NCBI GenBank assembly: GCA_035593605.1
Contig: DAOSWS010000013.1
Span: 3,371 to 67,370 of the forward strand
Length of the DNA stretch: 64,000 nt
Direction of reading: 5' to 3'
Source of the DNA: Thermoanaerobaculia bacterium
GTDB lineage: Bacteria > Acidobacteriota > Thermoanaerobaculia > UBA2201 > DAOSWS01
Each line of letters opens with the position of its first letter. Position 1 is the first letter of the stretch. The position numbers and the translations under genes are program-made. Below, piece by piece: positions 19,813-28,430 of this stretch. The notes under the pieces were generated by a model. The model did not search any database and had not been told where the DNA came from. It saw only the letters and a program-made list of their open reading frames with translations.

Positions 19813-20478
19813 GTGGAAGATTTCCGTGACAAGGAGTTTGACTTTCTGGTACACTTGTTCTGCATGGCGTTCCCCTCACTGCAGGCTCTTATCTCGGGCT
19901 TCACGCTCATGACCCTGCTGGTTGGTCTGATAATCGGGCTATTCGGGTATCGATTACTAAAACTGACACTAGGGCTTCTTGGTTTCATCGTTGGAGCCTA
20001 CCTGCTGGGATACCTGGCTTCAGCCATGCTTCCGGGCCGGCAGGCCTTTGTCATTGTTGCAGCCTTTGTAGGCGGGCTGTTCGGTGCGCTTTTTCTGGTT
20101 TTTGTTTACAAAGTCGGCCTCTTTATCCTGGGTCTCCTGGCCGGAGGTGCCATTGGAGCCGTCGTGGCCGCACCATTCCAGGATTCGCAGGCCCTGCTGA
20201 TCGTGGCGGTTTTTGCCGTCGGTGGTGCTGTCACCGCGATTCTTGTCCAGAAGGTTGTCCTGATTGTGGCTACCTCCGTTGTCGGCTCGTGGCTCGTCAT
20301 GACATGCATTATTCAATGGCTTGGACTCACGACCGATCCCCTGGGATGGTTTACCCGATCCGATCTGCTTAATGTGCGGAACACCCTTTCATTCCTGACG
20401 GTTCTTGCTTGGCTGACCCTGATGGGGGCCTGTGCCGTCTTTCAGTTTCATCGTCGAAGACCTGCTGAACCAAACTGA
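19813..20478 (+). CDS. Polytopic integral membrane protein (about 6 TM helices, Gly/Ala-rich), function unknown
   Basis: 221-aa ORF; the true start may be the internal ATG at 19864. Highly hydrophobic with GxxxG-rich helices. Confidence 0.4.
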   Translation: MEDFRDKEFDFLVHLFCMAFPSLQALISGFTLMTLLVGLIIGLFGYRLLKLTLGLLGFIVGAYLLGYLASAMLPGRQAFVIVAAFVGGLFGALFLVFVYKVGLFILGLLAGGAIGAVVAAPFQDSQALLIVAVFAVGGAVTAILVQKVVLIVATSVVGSWLVMTCIIQWLGLTTDPLGWFTRSDLLNVRNTLSFLTVLAWLTLMGACAVFQFHRRRPAEPN

Positions 20479-20535
20479 CCGAGACCCGGTCTCTCCATTC
20501 CTTTCTATAGGTTAGAAGGCCTGTCTGACAAAATG

Positions 20536-21021
20536 TCATTTTCCATCATTGTTGATCGGGCGGGATTCGATTTTTTTTCCGCATCGGAGCATCTTGCTTC
20601 CATAGTATGGGTTGCCGATATCGTCCGTGGCCTGCATCCAGGACCCCGGGGCCATGGAACAGTAATAGGTCACCACGGCGGTATTTCCAGGAAGTTGGCC
20701 ATGGAGGCGGATCAGGGCTTTGGAGAGGTCTTTAAAGAGGACTCTGGCATCTTCCAGTCCTGCCCTGGCGATCTTTTCCGAACACGTCCGAATCGATTCC
20801 GCGTCCTTGACAACCGATTCATCCCGGGCCTTCTCCTTCAGGTAGCTTTGGGATAGTTGAGACAGCTCCTTCGCCGCATCGGTGACGCCTTTGATGGAAT
20901 CTCCTGCGAGGCTTTCGCGGATTTTGAAATAGGATGGAAGAAGCTCGTCGGTGATGGTTGAAGCCGCTGCAGCGGACAGGCTGAAACATAAAAGAATGAG
21001 CGAAAAAGTGATGAACTTCAT
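20536..21021 (-). CDS. DUF3347-like periplasmic protein associated with heavy-metal efflux
   Basis: 161 aa with a signal peptide. Has the YYCSMAPGSWMQ motif (YYCPM-type) typical of DUF3347 proteins found next to cusA/czcA. Confidence 0.5.
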   Translation of the reverse strand: MKFITFSLILLCFSLSAAAASTITDELLPSYFKIRESLAGDSIKGVTDAAKELSQLSQSYLKEKARDESVVKDAESIRTCSEKIARAGLEDARVLFKDLSKALIRLHGQLPGNTAVVTYYCSMAPGSWMQATDDIGNPYYGSKMLRCGKKIESRPINNDGK

Positions 21022-21086
21022 GAATTTCTCCTTTGTGTAATTGTTAGATTTTGAACGTAAGGTTCAGTTTCATAGAAGGAAGCGGT

Positions 21087-24000
21087 TCACGTCATGGGAT
21101 TCTCCCGTTTCAGGGGAATGGATCTCCAGATGAAATAGATGGCGGGATAGACGATGAGTTCACCGATAAAGGAGGTCAGAATGCCTCCCACCATCGGCGC
21201 CGCAATCCGTTTCATGACGTCTGCTCCGGTTCCCGTTGCCCAGAGGATCGGTACAAGGGCGATAAACGTGGTCACCACCGTCATCATCTTGGGGCGGATT
21301 CTCTGGACGGCACCGTGGTGGACGGCCTCCGTCAAGTCCCGGTAGGTAGCCATCCGCCCGTCTCTCTTCCAGCGGTCGTAGGCGATGTCGAGATAGAGCA
21401 GCATGACGACACCGGTTTCCGCATCCAATCCCGCGAGGGCGATCAGTCCGACCCAAACTGCAATGGACCAGTTATATCCGAGCAGGTACATCAGCCACAC
21501 GGCACCCACGAGCGAGAAGGGCACAGCCAGAAGAACAATCAGGGTCTTGATCCAGGATTTCGTGGAAAGGTAGAGAATGAGGATAATGAGAAAGAGAGTA
21601 ATGGGGACAATTACCAGAAGCCGATTTTTGGCCCGCTCCATATATTCATACTGGCCTGACCATTCCAGAGAGTATCCATCCGGAAGGATGACGCTTTTCG
21701 AAAGAGTTTCTCTGGCGGACCGAATCCAGCTGCCCACGTCGATTCCCCTGAGATCCACATAGATCCATGCATTGGGTCTTGCGTTCTCCGATTTAATCAT
21801 CGGGGGACCCTGGTGGATCCGAATGTCGGCCAGGTAGCTCAGGGGGACCTGGGCTCCGGATGGTGCAGAAACGAGAGTTTGACCCAGAGCCTCCAGATTG
21901 TCTCGAAAATCCCTGGGGTAACGGACATTGATGGGGTACCTTTCCAGCCCCTCCACCGTCCAGGAAACATTCATGCCCCCAATGGCGGATGAAACGACAT
22001 CCTGGATGTCCTCCACCACTACACCGTATCGAGCGGCCGCTTCTCGATCAATCTGAATATCGATATAGTTCCCACCCATGACACGTTCTGCGTAAGCGGA
22101 GAGGGTTCCCTTCAGGGGCCTTACGACAGCTTCGATTTCCCTGGCAATGCGTTCCAGTTCCCGGAGGTCTGGGCCTGCGACTTTGATTCCGACCGGTGTT
22201 TTAATTCCCGTGGAGAGCATATCGATCCGGGTCTTGATGGGCATGGTCCAGGCGTTGGTGAGACCGGGAATCTGGATGGCCCGGTTGAGTTCCTCAATCA
22301 GCCTTTCTCTGGTCATTCCCGGACGCCAAGCAGAGGGATCCTTGAGGCGGATCGTCGTTTCAATCATGGAAAGAGGTGCCGGGTCTGTTGCGGTGTCGGC
22401 CCGGCCGACCTTTCCCAAAACGGAATCTACCTCCGGGAACGATCGAATGATCTTGTCCGTTTGCTGAAGAAGTTCCTTTGCCTTGGTAATGGAGATCCCG
22501 GGAAAGGTCGTGGGCATATAGAGAAGATCCCCTTCCCAGAGGGGGGGCATGAATTCCGATCCGATATGCTGGAAGGGAATCCAGGTGATGGCCATAAGAA
22601 GGAGAGCTCCAAGGAGAATCAGCCATCGACGGTGGAGGACGGTTTGAAGGACGGGAGTATAGAGCCTGTGAAGAAGCTTTGAAACGGGGTGCGTGGCTTC
22701 GCTGTGAATTTTGCCTCGAACAAACCAGAACATGAGGATGGGAATGATGGTAACGGCCAGAATCGAAGAGGCCGCCATGGCATAGGTTTTCGTAAAAGCA
22801 AGGGGACGAAAGAGTCTCCCCTCCTGGGCCTGAAGCGTAAAGACCGGCAGAAACGAGATGGTGATGACGAGGAGCGTAAAGAAGAGGGTCGGACCTACCT
22901 CACGGGAGGAGTCCAGGATGATTTCAAAGTGACTCTTCTTTCCGCGCCACTCCTCGTAATGTTTATGTGCATTTTCTACCATGACAATGGAGGCGTCCAC
23001 CAGAACACCAATGGAAATTGCGATGCCTCCCAGGGACATGATGTTGGCACCCAGGCCCTGGATACGCATGACGATGAAGGCAATCAAAATGGAGACCGGG
23101 ATTGAGAAGATCGCAACAAGAGAGGATCGGACGTGAAAGAGAAAGAGAATACAGATCAGTGCGACAATGATCGATTCTTCGATCAGGGTGCGGGTGAGGG
23201 TTCGAATCGATCGCTGAATCAATGCGGTCCGGTCGTACCCTACGGAAACCGTAACGTCATCGGGCAATCCCTGCTTGAGTTCCTCGAGGCGCTTCTTGAC
23301 ACGCTGTATGGTTTCCATCGTGTCTGCCCCGGAACGGACCACGATGATCCCGCCGACCGTTTCTCCCTCTCCGTTCCATTCGGCGAGGCCCCGTCGAATT
23401 TCCGGCCCGATCGTGATGTGGGCGACATCCTTGAGGGTCAGAGGAGTACCTCCGGGTCCCGTGCCCAGGGAGATCGATTCCAGATCGGAGATCTCCTTGA
23501 TGTAGCCCAGGCCCCGCACCATGAACTCCTTTTCGCTCATTTCGACAAGCCTCCCCCCGACATCCCGGTTGGATCGTTGAATGGCCTGCTTGACGGTTCG
23601 AAGAGAAACGGCAAAGGCCCGCAGTTTGACCGGATCGACTTCCACCTGATACTGTCGGATAAACCCTCCCATCGAGGCGACTTCCGATACGCCTTCCAGA
23701 GAGATAAGACCGTATTTGAGGTAGTAATCCTGAATCGAGCGGAGTTCGGAAAGATCCCGGACTGGAGAGTTTAATACATACATAAAGGCCCATCCCACAC
23801 CTGTGGCGTCGGGACCCAGCTGGGGAGAAACACCGGAAGGAAGACGGGATGTCAGTCCGGAAAGATACTCAAGAACACGGGAACGGGCCCAGTACAGGTC
23901 GGTACCGTCTTCAAAGATCACATAGACAAAGGAAAAACCAAAGTAGGAATAACCGCGAACCACCCTGGCGTGGGGTACGGAAAGCATGGTTGTCGTGATG

Positions 24001-24203
24001 GGATAGGTGACCTGATCCTGTACGACCTGGGGACCCTGCCCCGGATAATCGGTATAGATAATGACCTGGACATCGGAAAGGTCGGGTATGGCGTCGAGAC
24101 GGGTGGTCCGGACAGCCCAGATTCCGCCCAGAACAGCAAGGAGGACGGCAATCACCATCATTGTCTGATTTCGAAGGGACCATTCTATAATTCGACGAAG
24201 CAT
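21087..24203 (-). CDS. Heavy-metal efflux RND pump, CusA/CzcA (HME) family
   Basis: About 1038 aa, start taken at MLRRIIEWSLRN. 12 TM helices, two large periplasmic loops, and characteristic HME-RND blocks. Confidence 0.85.
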   Translation of the reverse strand: MLRRIIEWSLRNQTMMVIAVLLAVLGGIWAVRTTRLDAIPDLSDVQVIIYTDYPGQGPQVVQDQVTYPITTTMLSVPHARVVRGYSYFGFSFVYVIFEDGTDLYWARSRVLEYLSGLTSRLPSGVSPQLGPDATGVGWAFMYVLNSPVRDLSELRSIQDYYLKYGLISLEGVSEVASMGGFIRQYQVEVDPVKLRAFAVSLRTVKQAIQRSNRDVGGRLVEMSEKEFMVRGLGYIKEISDLESISLGTGPGGTPLTLKDVAHITIGPEIRRGLAEWNGEGETVGGIIVVRSGADTMETIQRVKKRLEELKQGLPDDVTVSVGYDRTALIQRSIRTLTRTLIEESIIVALICILFLFHVRSSLVAIFSIPVSILIAFIVMRIQGLGANIMSLGGIAISIGVLVDASIVMVENAHKHYEEWRGKKSHFEIILDSSREVGPTLFFTLLVITISFLPVFTLQAQEGRLFRPLAFTKTYAMAASSILAVTIIPILMFWFVRGKIHSEATHPVSKLLHRLYTPVLQTVLHRRWLILLGALLLMAITWIPFQHIGSEFMPPLWEGDLLYMPTTFPGISITKAKELLQQTDKIIRSFPEVDSVLGKVGRADTATDPAPLSMIETTIRLKDPSAWRPGMTRERLIEELNRAIQIPGLTNAWTMPIKTRIDMLSTGIKTPVGIKVAGPDLRELERIAREIEAVVRPLKGTLSAYAERVMGGNYIDIQIDREAAARYGVVVEDIQDVVSSAIGGMNVSWTVEGLERYPINVRYPRDFRDNLEALGQTLVSAPSGAQVPLSYLADIRIHQGPPMIKSENARPNAWIYVDLRGIDVGSWIRSARETLSKSVILPDGYSLEWSGQYEYMERAKNRLLVIVPITLFLIILILYLSTKSWIKTLIVLLAVPFSLVGAVWLMYLLGYNWSIAVWVGLIALAGLDAETGVVMLLYLDIAYDRWKRDGRMATYRDLTEAVHHGAVQRIRPKMMTVVTTFIALVPILWATGTGADVMKRIAAPMVGGILTSFIGELIVYPAIYFIWRSIPLKRENPMT

Positions 24204-24210
24204 GGCCGCC

Positions 24211-25779
24211 TCAGGAAAGCGGACCGGAAGATCCGGTGAGCTTCTCAACCATCTTCTTGACCGCCTCTCTCAGGTTGGATTCGGAGTCGATGAGAAACTG
24301 GGAAGAGGTGACAATTCTTTCCCCCTCCTTGAGGCCCTGGAGAATCTCGGTGCGGTCTTCGCCTGCCCTGCCGAGTGTTACGGTTCGGGGAGCATAACGA
24401 CCTTCTCCCAGATCGACAATCACAACATCTTTCTCTCCGGTCCGAAGGACCGACTGGGTTGGAATGGTCAGAACATTGCGGGCTGCAACCGGCTTGAAGG
24501 TCACAGTGGCATACATTCCCGATCGAAGATCTCCCGATCGGTTTTGCAATTCCAGAGTGACCGTAAGGGTTCGCGTTTTTTCTTTAACGGCCGGCTCGAT
24601 GTAGCGGATTCGACCTGTGTGGGTCTTTCCAGGCAGGTAGGGAAGAGAGACATCCGCGGTGCTTCCGATGTCAAGCCACGGAAGTTGTTCCTCGTAGATT
24701 TCCACATTCAGCCATAGCGTGGAAAGATCGGCGATATGAAAGAGCTCCATCCCGGGCCGGACTGCCATTCCAGCAAGGCTGTCCATTCGCTTCATGACCA
24801 GGCCGGATACTGGAGCGGTAACGGTCAGGGTTCGAAGTATGGACCCCGATTCCTCAATCTCACGGACCTGGTCCTCCTGGATATCCCAGTACCGAAGCCT
24901 TTCCCGGGTTGCATCGAGAAGGGATTCTGCACGTCTTCTTGTTTCCTGGGACGCACCGGAAAGTCCCTCGGCATACGCCTTTGCGGAGAGAAGTTCCTGT
25001 TGCGTCTGAACAAGGGATGGCGAGTAAATATCAAAGAGAGGGTCACCCTTTTTTACAGACTGGCCCGGGTAGTTGACATACACCCGCTCTACCCAGCCTT
25101 CGTACTTGGGTGTCACGGTGGTCATCCTTTCCTGGTCAAAGTCCAGGTAGCCAACCGTGCGGATGGAGTGGGTCAAATCCATTCGCTGAACGGTGTCGGT
25201 CCGAACGTTCATGGTTTGCACCACTGCAGGGTCGATGGTCACGGTGGCGCCCGAGGATCCCGTGCGGTCAGCCTCTCCCTCATAGACGGGAACGTAATCC
25301 ATGCCCATTTCATCTTTTTGCGGCACCGGGGATGTGATGGAAGGGTCCATGGGGTTTCGATAGAAGAGTACTTTCCCGCTGTCTGAATCCTGCGGTTTTG
25401 GTACGGAGTCCGGCTTACGGGCCGGAACGAGATCCATCCCGCAAACGGGGCACTCTCCCGGCTCTTCCTGGAGGATGTCCGGGTGCATGGGACAGGTGTA
25501 CAGGATTTTACTTTCCTGGGAAACGGGCTCGCTCGACACAGCGGCGTGTTGTAAAGGAACGAGATCCATCTGGCATATGGGACAGGTTCCCGGATGGTCC
25601 TGAATTACATCGGGATGCATTCCACAGGTCCAGAGCTGTGTTTCTTTCGCATCTTTCTCAAAAGTTACGGAACTGGATCCCCTGAGCCACTCATCGATGG
25701 AATGCATGTGAAAGGGATCAAGAAAGAGAATGATCCCGACGATTATGCCGAGAATCAGAAAGGATAGTTTAGTTTTCAT
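24211..25779 (-). CDS. RND periplasmic adaptor (CusB/CzcB-like) with two N-terminal heavy-metal-binding (HMBD, CxxC..CxxC) repeats
   Basis: Start at MKTKLSF (ATG 25779, AAGGAG upstream). Two copies of TC(G/P)MHPD(V/I)(I/L)Q..PG.CP.C.MDLVP, then beta-barrel and lipoyl-like membrane-fusion-protein domains. Confidence 0.8.
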   Translation of the reverse strand: MKTKLSFLILGIIVGIILFLDPFHMHSIDEWLRGSSSVTFEKDAKETQLWTCGMHPDVIQDHPGTCPICQMDLVPLQHAAVSSEPVSQESKILYTCPMHPDILQEEPGECPVCGMDLVPARKPDSVPKPQDSDSGKVLFYRNPMDPSITSPVPQKDEMGMDYVPVYEGEADRTGSSGATVTIDPAVVQTMNVRTDTVQRMDLTHSIRTVGYLDFDQERMTTVTPKYEGWVERVYVNYPGQSVKKGDPLFDIYSPSLVQTQQELLSAKAYAEGLSGASQETRRRAESLLDATRERLRYWDIQEDQVREIEESGSILRTLTVTAPVSGLVMKRMDSLAGMAVRPGMELFHIADLSTLWLNVEIYEEQLPWLDIGSTADVSLPYLPGKTHTGRIRYIEPAVKEKTRTLTVTLELQNRSGDLRSGMYATVTFKPVAARNVLTIPTQSVLRTGEKDVVIVDLGEGRYAPRTVTLGRAGEDRTEILQGLKEGERIVTSSQFLIDSESNLREAVKKMVEKLTGSSGPLS

Positions 25780-27109
25780 GAGGGGGGACTCCTTCAGCCA
25801 GCAAGGCCAGGGGGGCTCCAATTACACCTTCGAGCCGGATGAAAGCCCCCGCTATATCGGCCTGTGTTCGTAAAGAGGAAATTCGAACATTCAGAAGAAC
25901 GCGTTCCGAATCGAGAAGTTCCAGCGCTCCCAGAGTGCCGGATGAATACGCTGCCAGGGTGGAATTCAGAGACTCCTGCGCCTGAAGGGTCAGCACGTCC
26001 CGAAAGAGAATCCACTGGTTCCAGAGCAGAGGAAGACGGGAAGAAAGATCGCCGAGGCTTTCATCGATGGAGCGCTCCGTCGATTGCAGGAGGTGCTCGG
26101 CCTCAATCTGCCGCTGGGTGGCTTCCTCCAGGGCTGCGGTTCTTCTCTCCCGATGGATGGGAAGATTGATCCCTGCGGTAAGCCCAAGAATGTCCCGACC
26201 GTTGTTGCTGGGGTCGGCATCACTCCGGCGTCCCACGGCGGTGTAGGTCAGGCCCGCTGTAATATCGGGGTAAAAGTTGGCTTTCGCCTCCTCCATACGA
26301 GCTTCCCAGGCCTGGATCATGGCGTGCCGGGCTGCCAGCTCGGGCCGTCTGAGTACCGCTTCCTCCCTCCATTGTGCGTATTGAACCTGGATTTCAACCG
26401 GTTCCGGAAGAGGAGGAACGGAGAGAATCGGGACCTCCTGGGAGCGGTTCATCAGGCCGTTCAGAAGAGCGACGCGTCGAGCACGTTCCTTTTGAATGTC
26501 CAGAAGCTTCTGCTCGTCCAGGGTGATCTCGGACTGGATTTTTAGAATTGCCTGTTGCAGTCCCGTCCCCGAAATGTAGCGGGTTCGCGCCAGCTCTTCA
26601 AAATGGGAAAGGATCTCCATATCCTGACGGATTAGATCGGCTCTTCCATCCAGGAAAGCAATCTCGGAGAGATGCTCCCGGGCCCGGGTCACAAAGTCCA
26701 GTTTTTGGGCTTCCGTGCCGGCCAAAGCTGAAGCGGATTCAAAAAGGGCCGCCTTTTCTCTTAGCTTTAGTTTCCCGAACCATGGGAAGGTCTGGGACAG
26801 GGAAGCCATAAGCCGCTGAGGGCCCAGCCTGGTCTCAGGGGACATGATGTAGGTGGTAAGGCCTACCATGGGGTCGGGAAGGGATCGGACCTGGGGTGCC
26901 CGTTCCGCCGCCGCCCGTGCGGAAGCCTCCGAAGCCAGGATGTCCGGGTTGGAGCGAATGACTTCGTTCAGCAGGGATCGAATATCTTCATTCGATTCCG
27001 CGGAGACAAGATCTTCCGCCGGTGAGAGAACATCCTGGGCAGAGAGAAACGATGTTGCGGTAATAACCACGAGATAAAAGAAACAGATACGATGCAGCAT
27101 AAAACACAC
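25769..27109 (-). CDS. TolC-family outer-membrane efflux protein (CusC-like)
   Basis: 446 aa with a signal peptide and the two-repeat OEP architecture. Confidence 0.75.
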   Translation of the reverse strand: MCFMLHRICFFYLVVITATSFLSAQDVLSPAEDLVSAESNEDIRSLLNEVIRSNPDILASEASARAAAERAPQVRSLPDPMVGLTTYIMSPETRLGPQRLMASLSQTFPWFGKLKLREKAALFESASALAGTEAQKLDFVTRAREHLSEIAFLDGRADLIRQDMEILSHFEELARTRYISGTGLQQAILKIQSEITLDEQKLLDIQKERARRVALLNGLMNRSQEVPILSVPPLPEPVEIQVQYAQWREEAVLRRPELAARHAMIQAWEARMEEAKANFYPDITAGLTYTAVGRRSDADPSNNGRDILGLTAGINLPIHRERRTAALEEATQRQIEAEHLLQSTERSIDESLGDLSSRLPLLWNQWILFRDVLTLQAQESLNSTLAAYSSGTLGALELLDSERVLLNVRISSLRTQADIAGAFIRLEGVIGAPLALLAEGVPPHEN

Positions 27110-27151
27110 CTCCTTGGGTGAGTAAAAAAACTCGCCTGGCTGGAGGTCTGG

Positions 27152-27487
27152 TTAAATGAGTAAGGAAGAAACTTTCAGAAAAATAGGGGGGCCGTGTCGG
27201 GGAGGGAGAACGTTCTCCCTGGAAACCTGCCGGGAAGGATTCGTTGTTTCATCCATCACGACGGGAAGGACAGCAATGATTTCCGTATTGTCGGATCCCA
27301 TGGGCCGCAGCGTGACCGCGTGCTCATCATGGGGGTCCGGTGTCTCGGTACAACAGGGGTTGTCCTGGGCCTTATGGTTGCAATGGCACACGCTGCTCCC
27401 CGACATCGGGCAGGCATGCCCGACGGGAAACGCCGGTGTCAAAAGGGTGAGGAGACCGGCCAGGATAAAAACCGAAACAACTCTCAT
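27152..27487 (-). CDS. Small secreted Cys/His-rich protein (putative periplasmic metal-binding protein)
   Basis: 111 aa. Signal peptide, then HACPMSGSSVCHCNHKAQDNPCCTETPDPHDEH. First gene upstream of tolC in the metal-efflux operon. Confidence 0.4.
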   Translation of the reverse strand: MRVVSVFILAGLLTLLTPAFPVGHACPMSGSSVCHCNHKAQDNPCCTETPDPHDEHAVTLRPMGSDNTEIIAVLPVVMDETTNPSRQVSRENVLPPRHGPPIFLKVSSLLI

Positions 27488-27533
27488 ATCCTTAGGATAA
27501 CATATTGCATGACCATCTATTCCACCGGCAAGG

Positions 27534-28358
27534 TTATCCTGCCTGCCGACGGGTCTCGGAAAGGACTTCTTTTTCTCCCCGTACGGAAATTCGGACGGGT
27601 TCCACGGGGATGTCCAGTTCTGCCTGGTTCACGGCCATTTTCACGGCCTGTACGAGTCCGAAACAGCAGGGGACTTCCATGAAAGCCACCTGAATGGACC
27701 GGGGTCGGGATTGGCGGGCGATGTCGCGAATCTTTGAAATGTAAGCCTGAATATCGTCCAGCTTGGGACAGCCGACGGCAACAGCCTTGCCTTTCAGGAA
27801 ATCCCGGTGAAAATTAGGATAGGCGAAGGGTACACAATCGGCGGCGATGACCAGGTCGGCATCCCGAAAGTAAGGGGCGGAAGGGGAGACCAGGTGCAGC
27901 TGAACCGGCCACTGCGTCAGCTCGGAGGGAATGTCTTCCGGCTCTTCCCCTGATGACGCCTCCTCTTTCCACGCGATCATTCGGGATCCGGGACATCCGC
28001 CTCCATGGTGGAGCTGAACCGTGTTTGATTCCCTGGAATTGTCTACCATTCCATGCTCCCGCATATGGTCCATGTGGGCCTGGAGCATCTCCGGAGCGAC
28101 TTCCCTGATCCGCTGAACCGTGGCCGAATCATCATAGGGCTCCGCTTCCATTTCCTGAACGGTCATGGCGCCGGTGGGACAGGCTCCTACGCAGGCTCCC
28201 AGGCCGTCACAGAAAATCTCCCCGACCAGCCGGGCCTTCTTCCCCGCCGGTGTATCTACGAGCTGAAGGGCCTGCTCCGGACAGGACGGCATGCAGAGAC
28301 CGCACCCGTCACAGCGGTCTTCATCGATTTGGATCATTTTTCTCATGACTTTCGGCAT
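27534..28358 (-). CDS. 4Fe-4S dicluster ferredoxin-domain protein with a Cys-rich C-terminal domain of unknown function
   Basis: 274 aa. N-terminal CDGCGLCMPSCP and CVGACPTGA ferredoxin motifs. C-terminal CPGSRM...DCVPF...GCPKLDD...VPCCFGL cysteine clusters. Confidence 0.5.
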   Translation of the reverse strand: MPKVMRKMIQIDEDRCDGCGLCMPSCPEQALQLVDTPAGKKARLVGEIFCDGLGACVGACPTGAMTVQEMEAEPYDDSATVQRIREVAPEMLQAHMDHMREHGMVDNSRESNTVQLHHGGGCPGSRMIAWKEEASSGEEPEDIPSELTQWPVQLHLVSPSAPYFRDADLVIAADCVPFAYPNFHRDFLKGKAVAVGCPKLDDIQAYISKIRDIARQSRPRSIQVAFMEVPCCFGLVQAVKMAVNQAELDIPVEPVRISVRGEKEVLSETRRQAG

Positions 28359-28364
28359 GACGCT

Positions 28365-28418
28365 CTCCTTGACATCATTCCCGCCATTGTATATTAGGAA
28401 TCCTAATATGTCAAGGAG
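28365..28418. promoter_or_regulatory. Nested palindromic operator-like element upstream of the ferredoxin / metal-efflux operon
   Basis: Outer 11-bp arms CTCCTTGACAT ... ATGTCAAGGAG (28365-28375 and 28408-28418) enclose an inner perfect palindrome TATTAGGA-A-TCCTAATA (28392-28408). TTGACA is embedded in the outer arm. Confidence 0.45.
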
Positions 28419-28430
28419 GTAAGATAACGA

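Noticed and set aside
21051-21659. 202-aa plus-strand ORF overlapping the cusA 3' end
   Set aside because: Antisense to a 12-TM RND pump gene, and its translation is Gly/Arg/His-rich low complexity.
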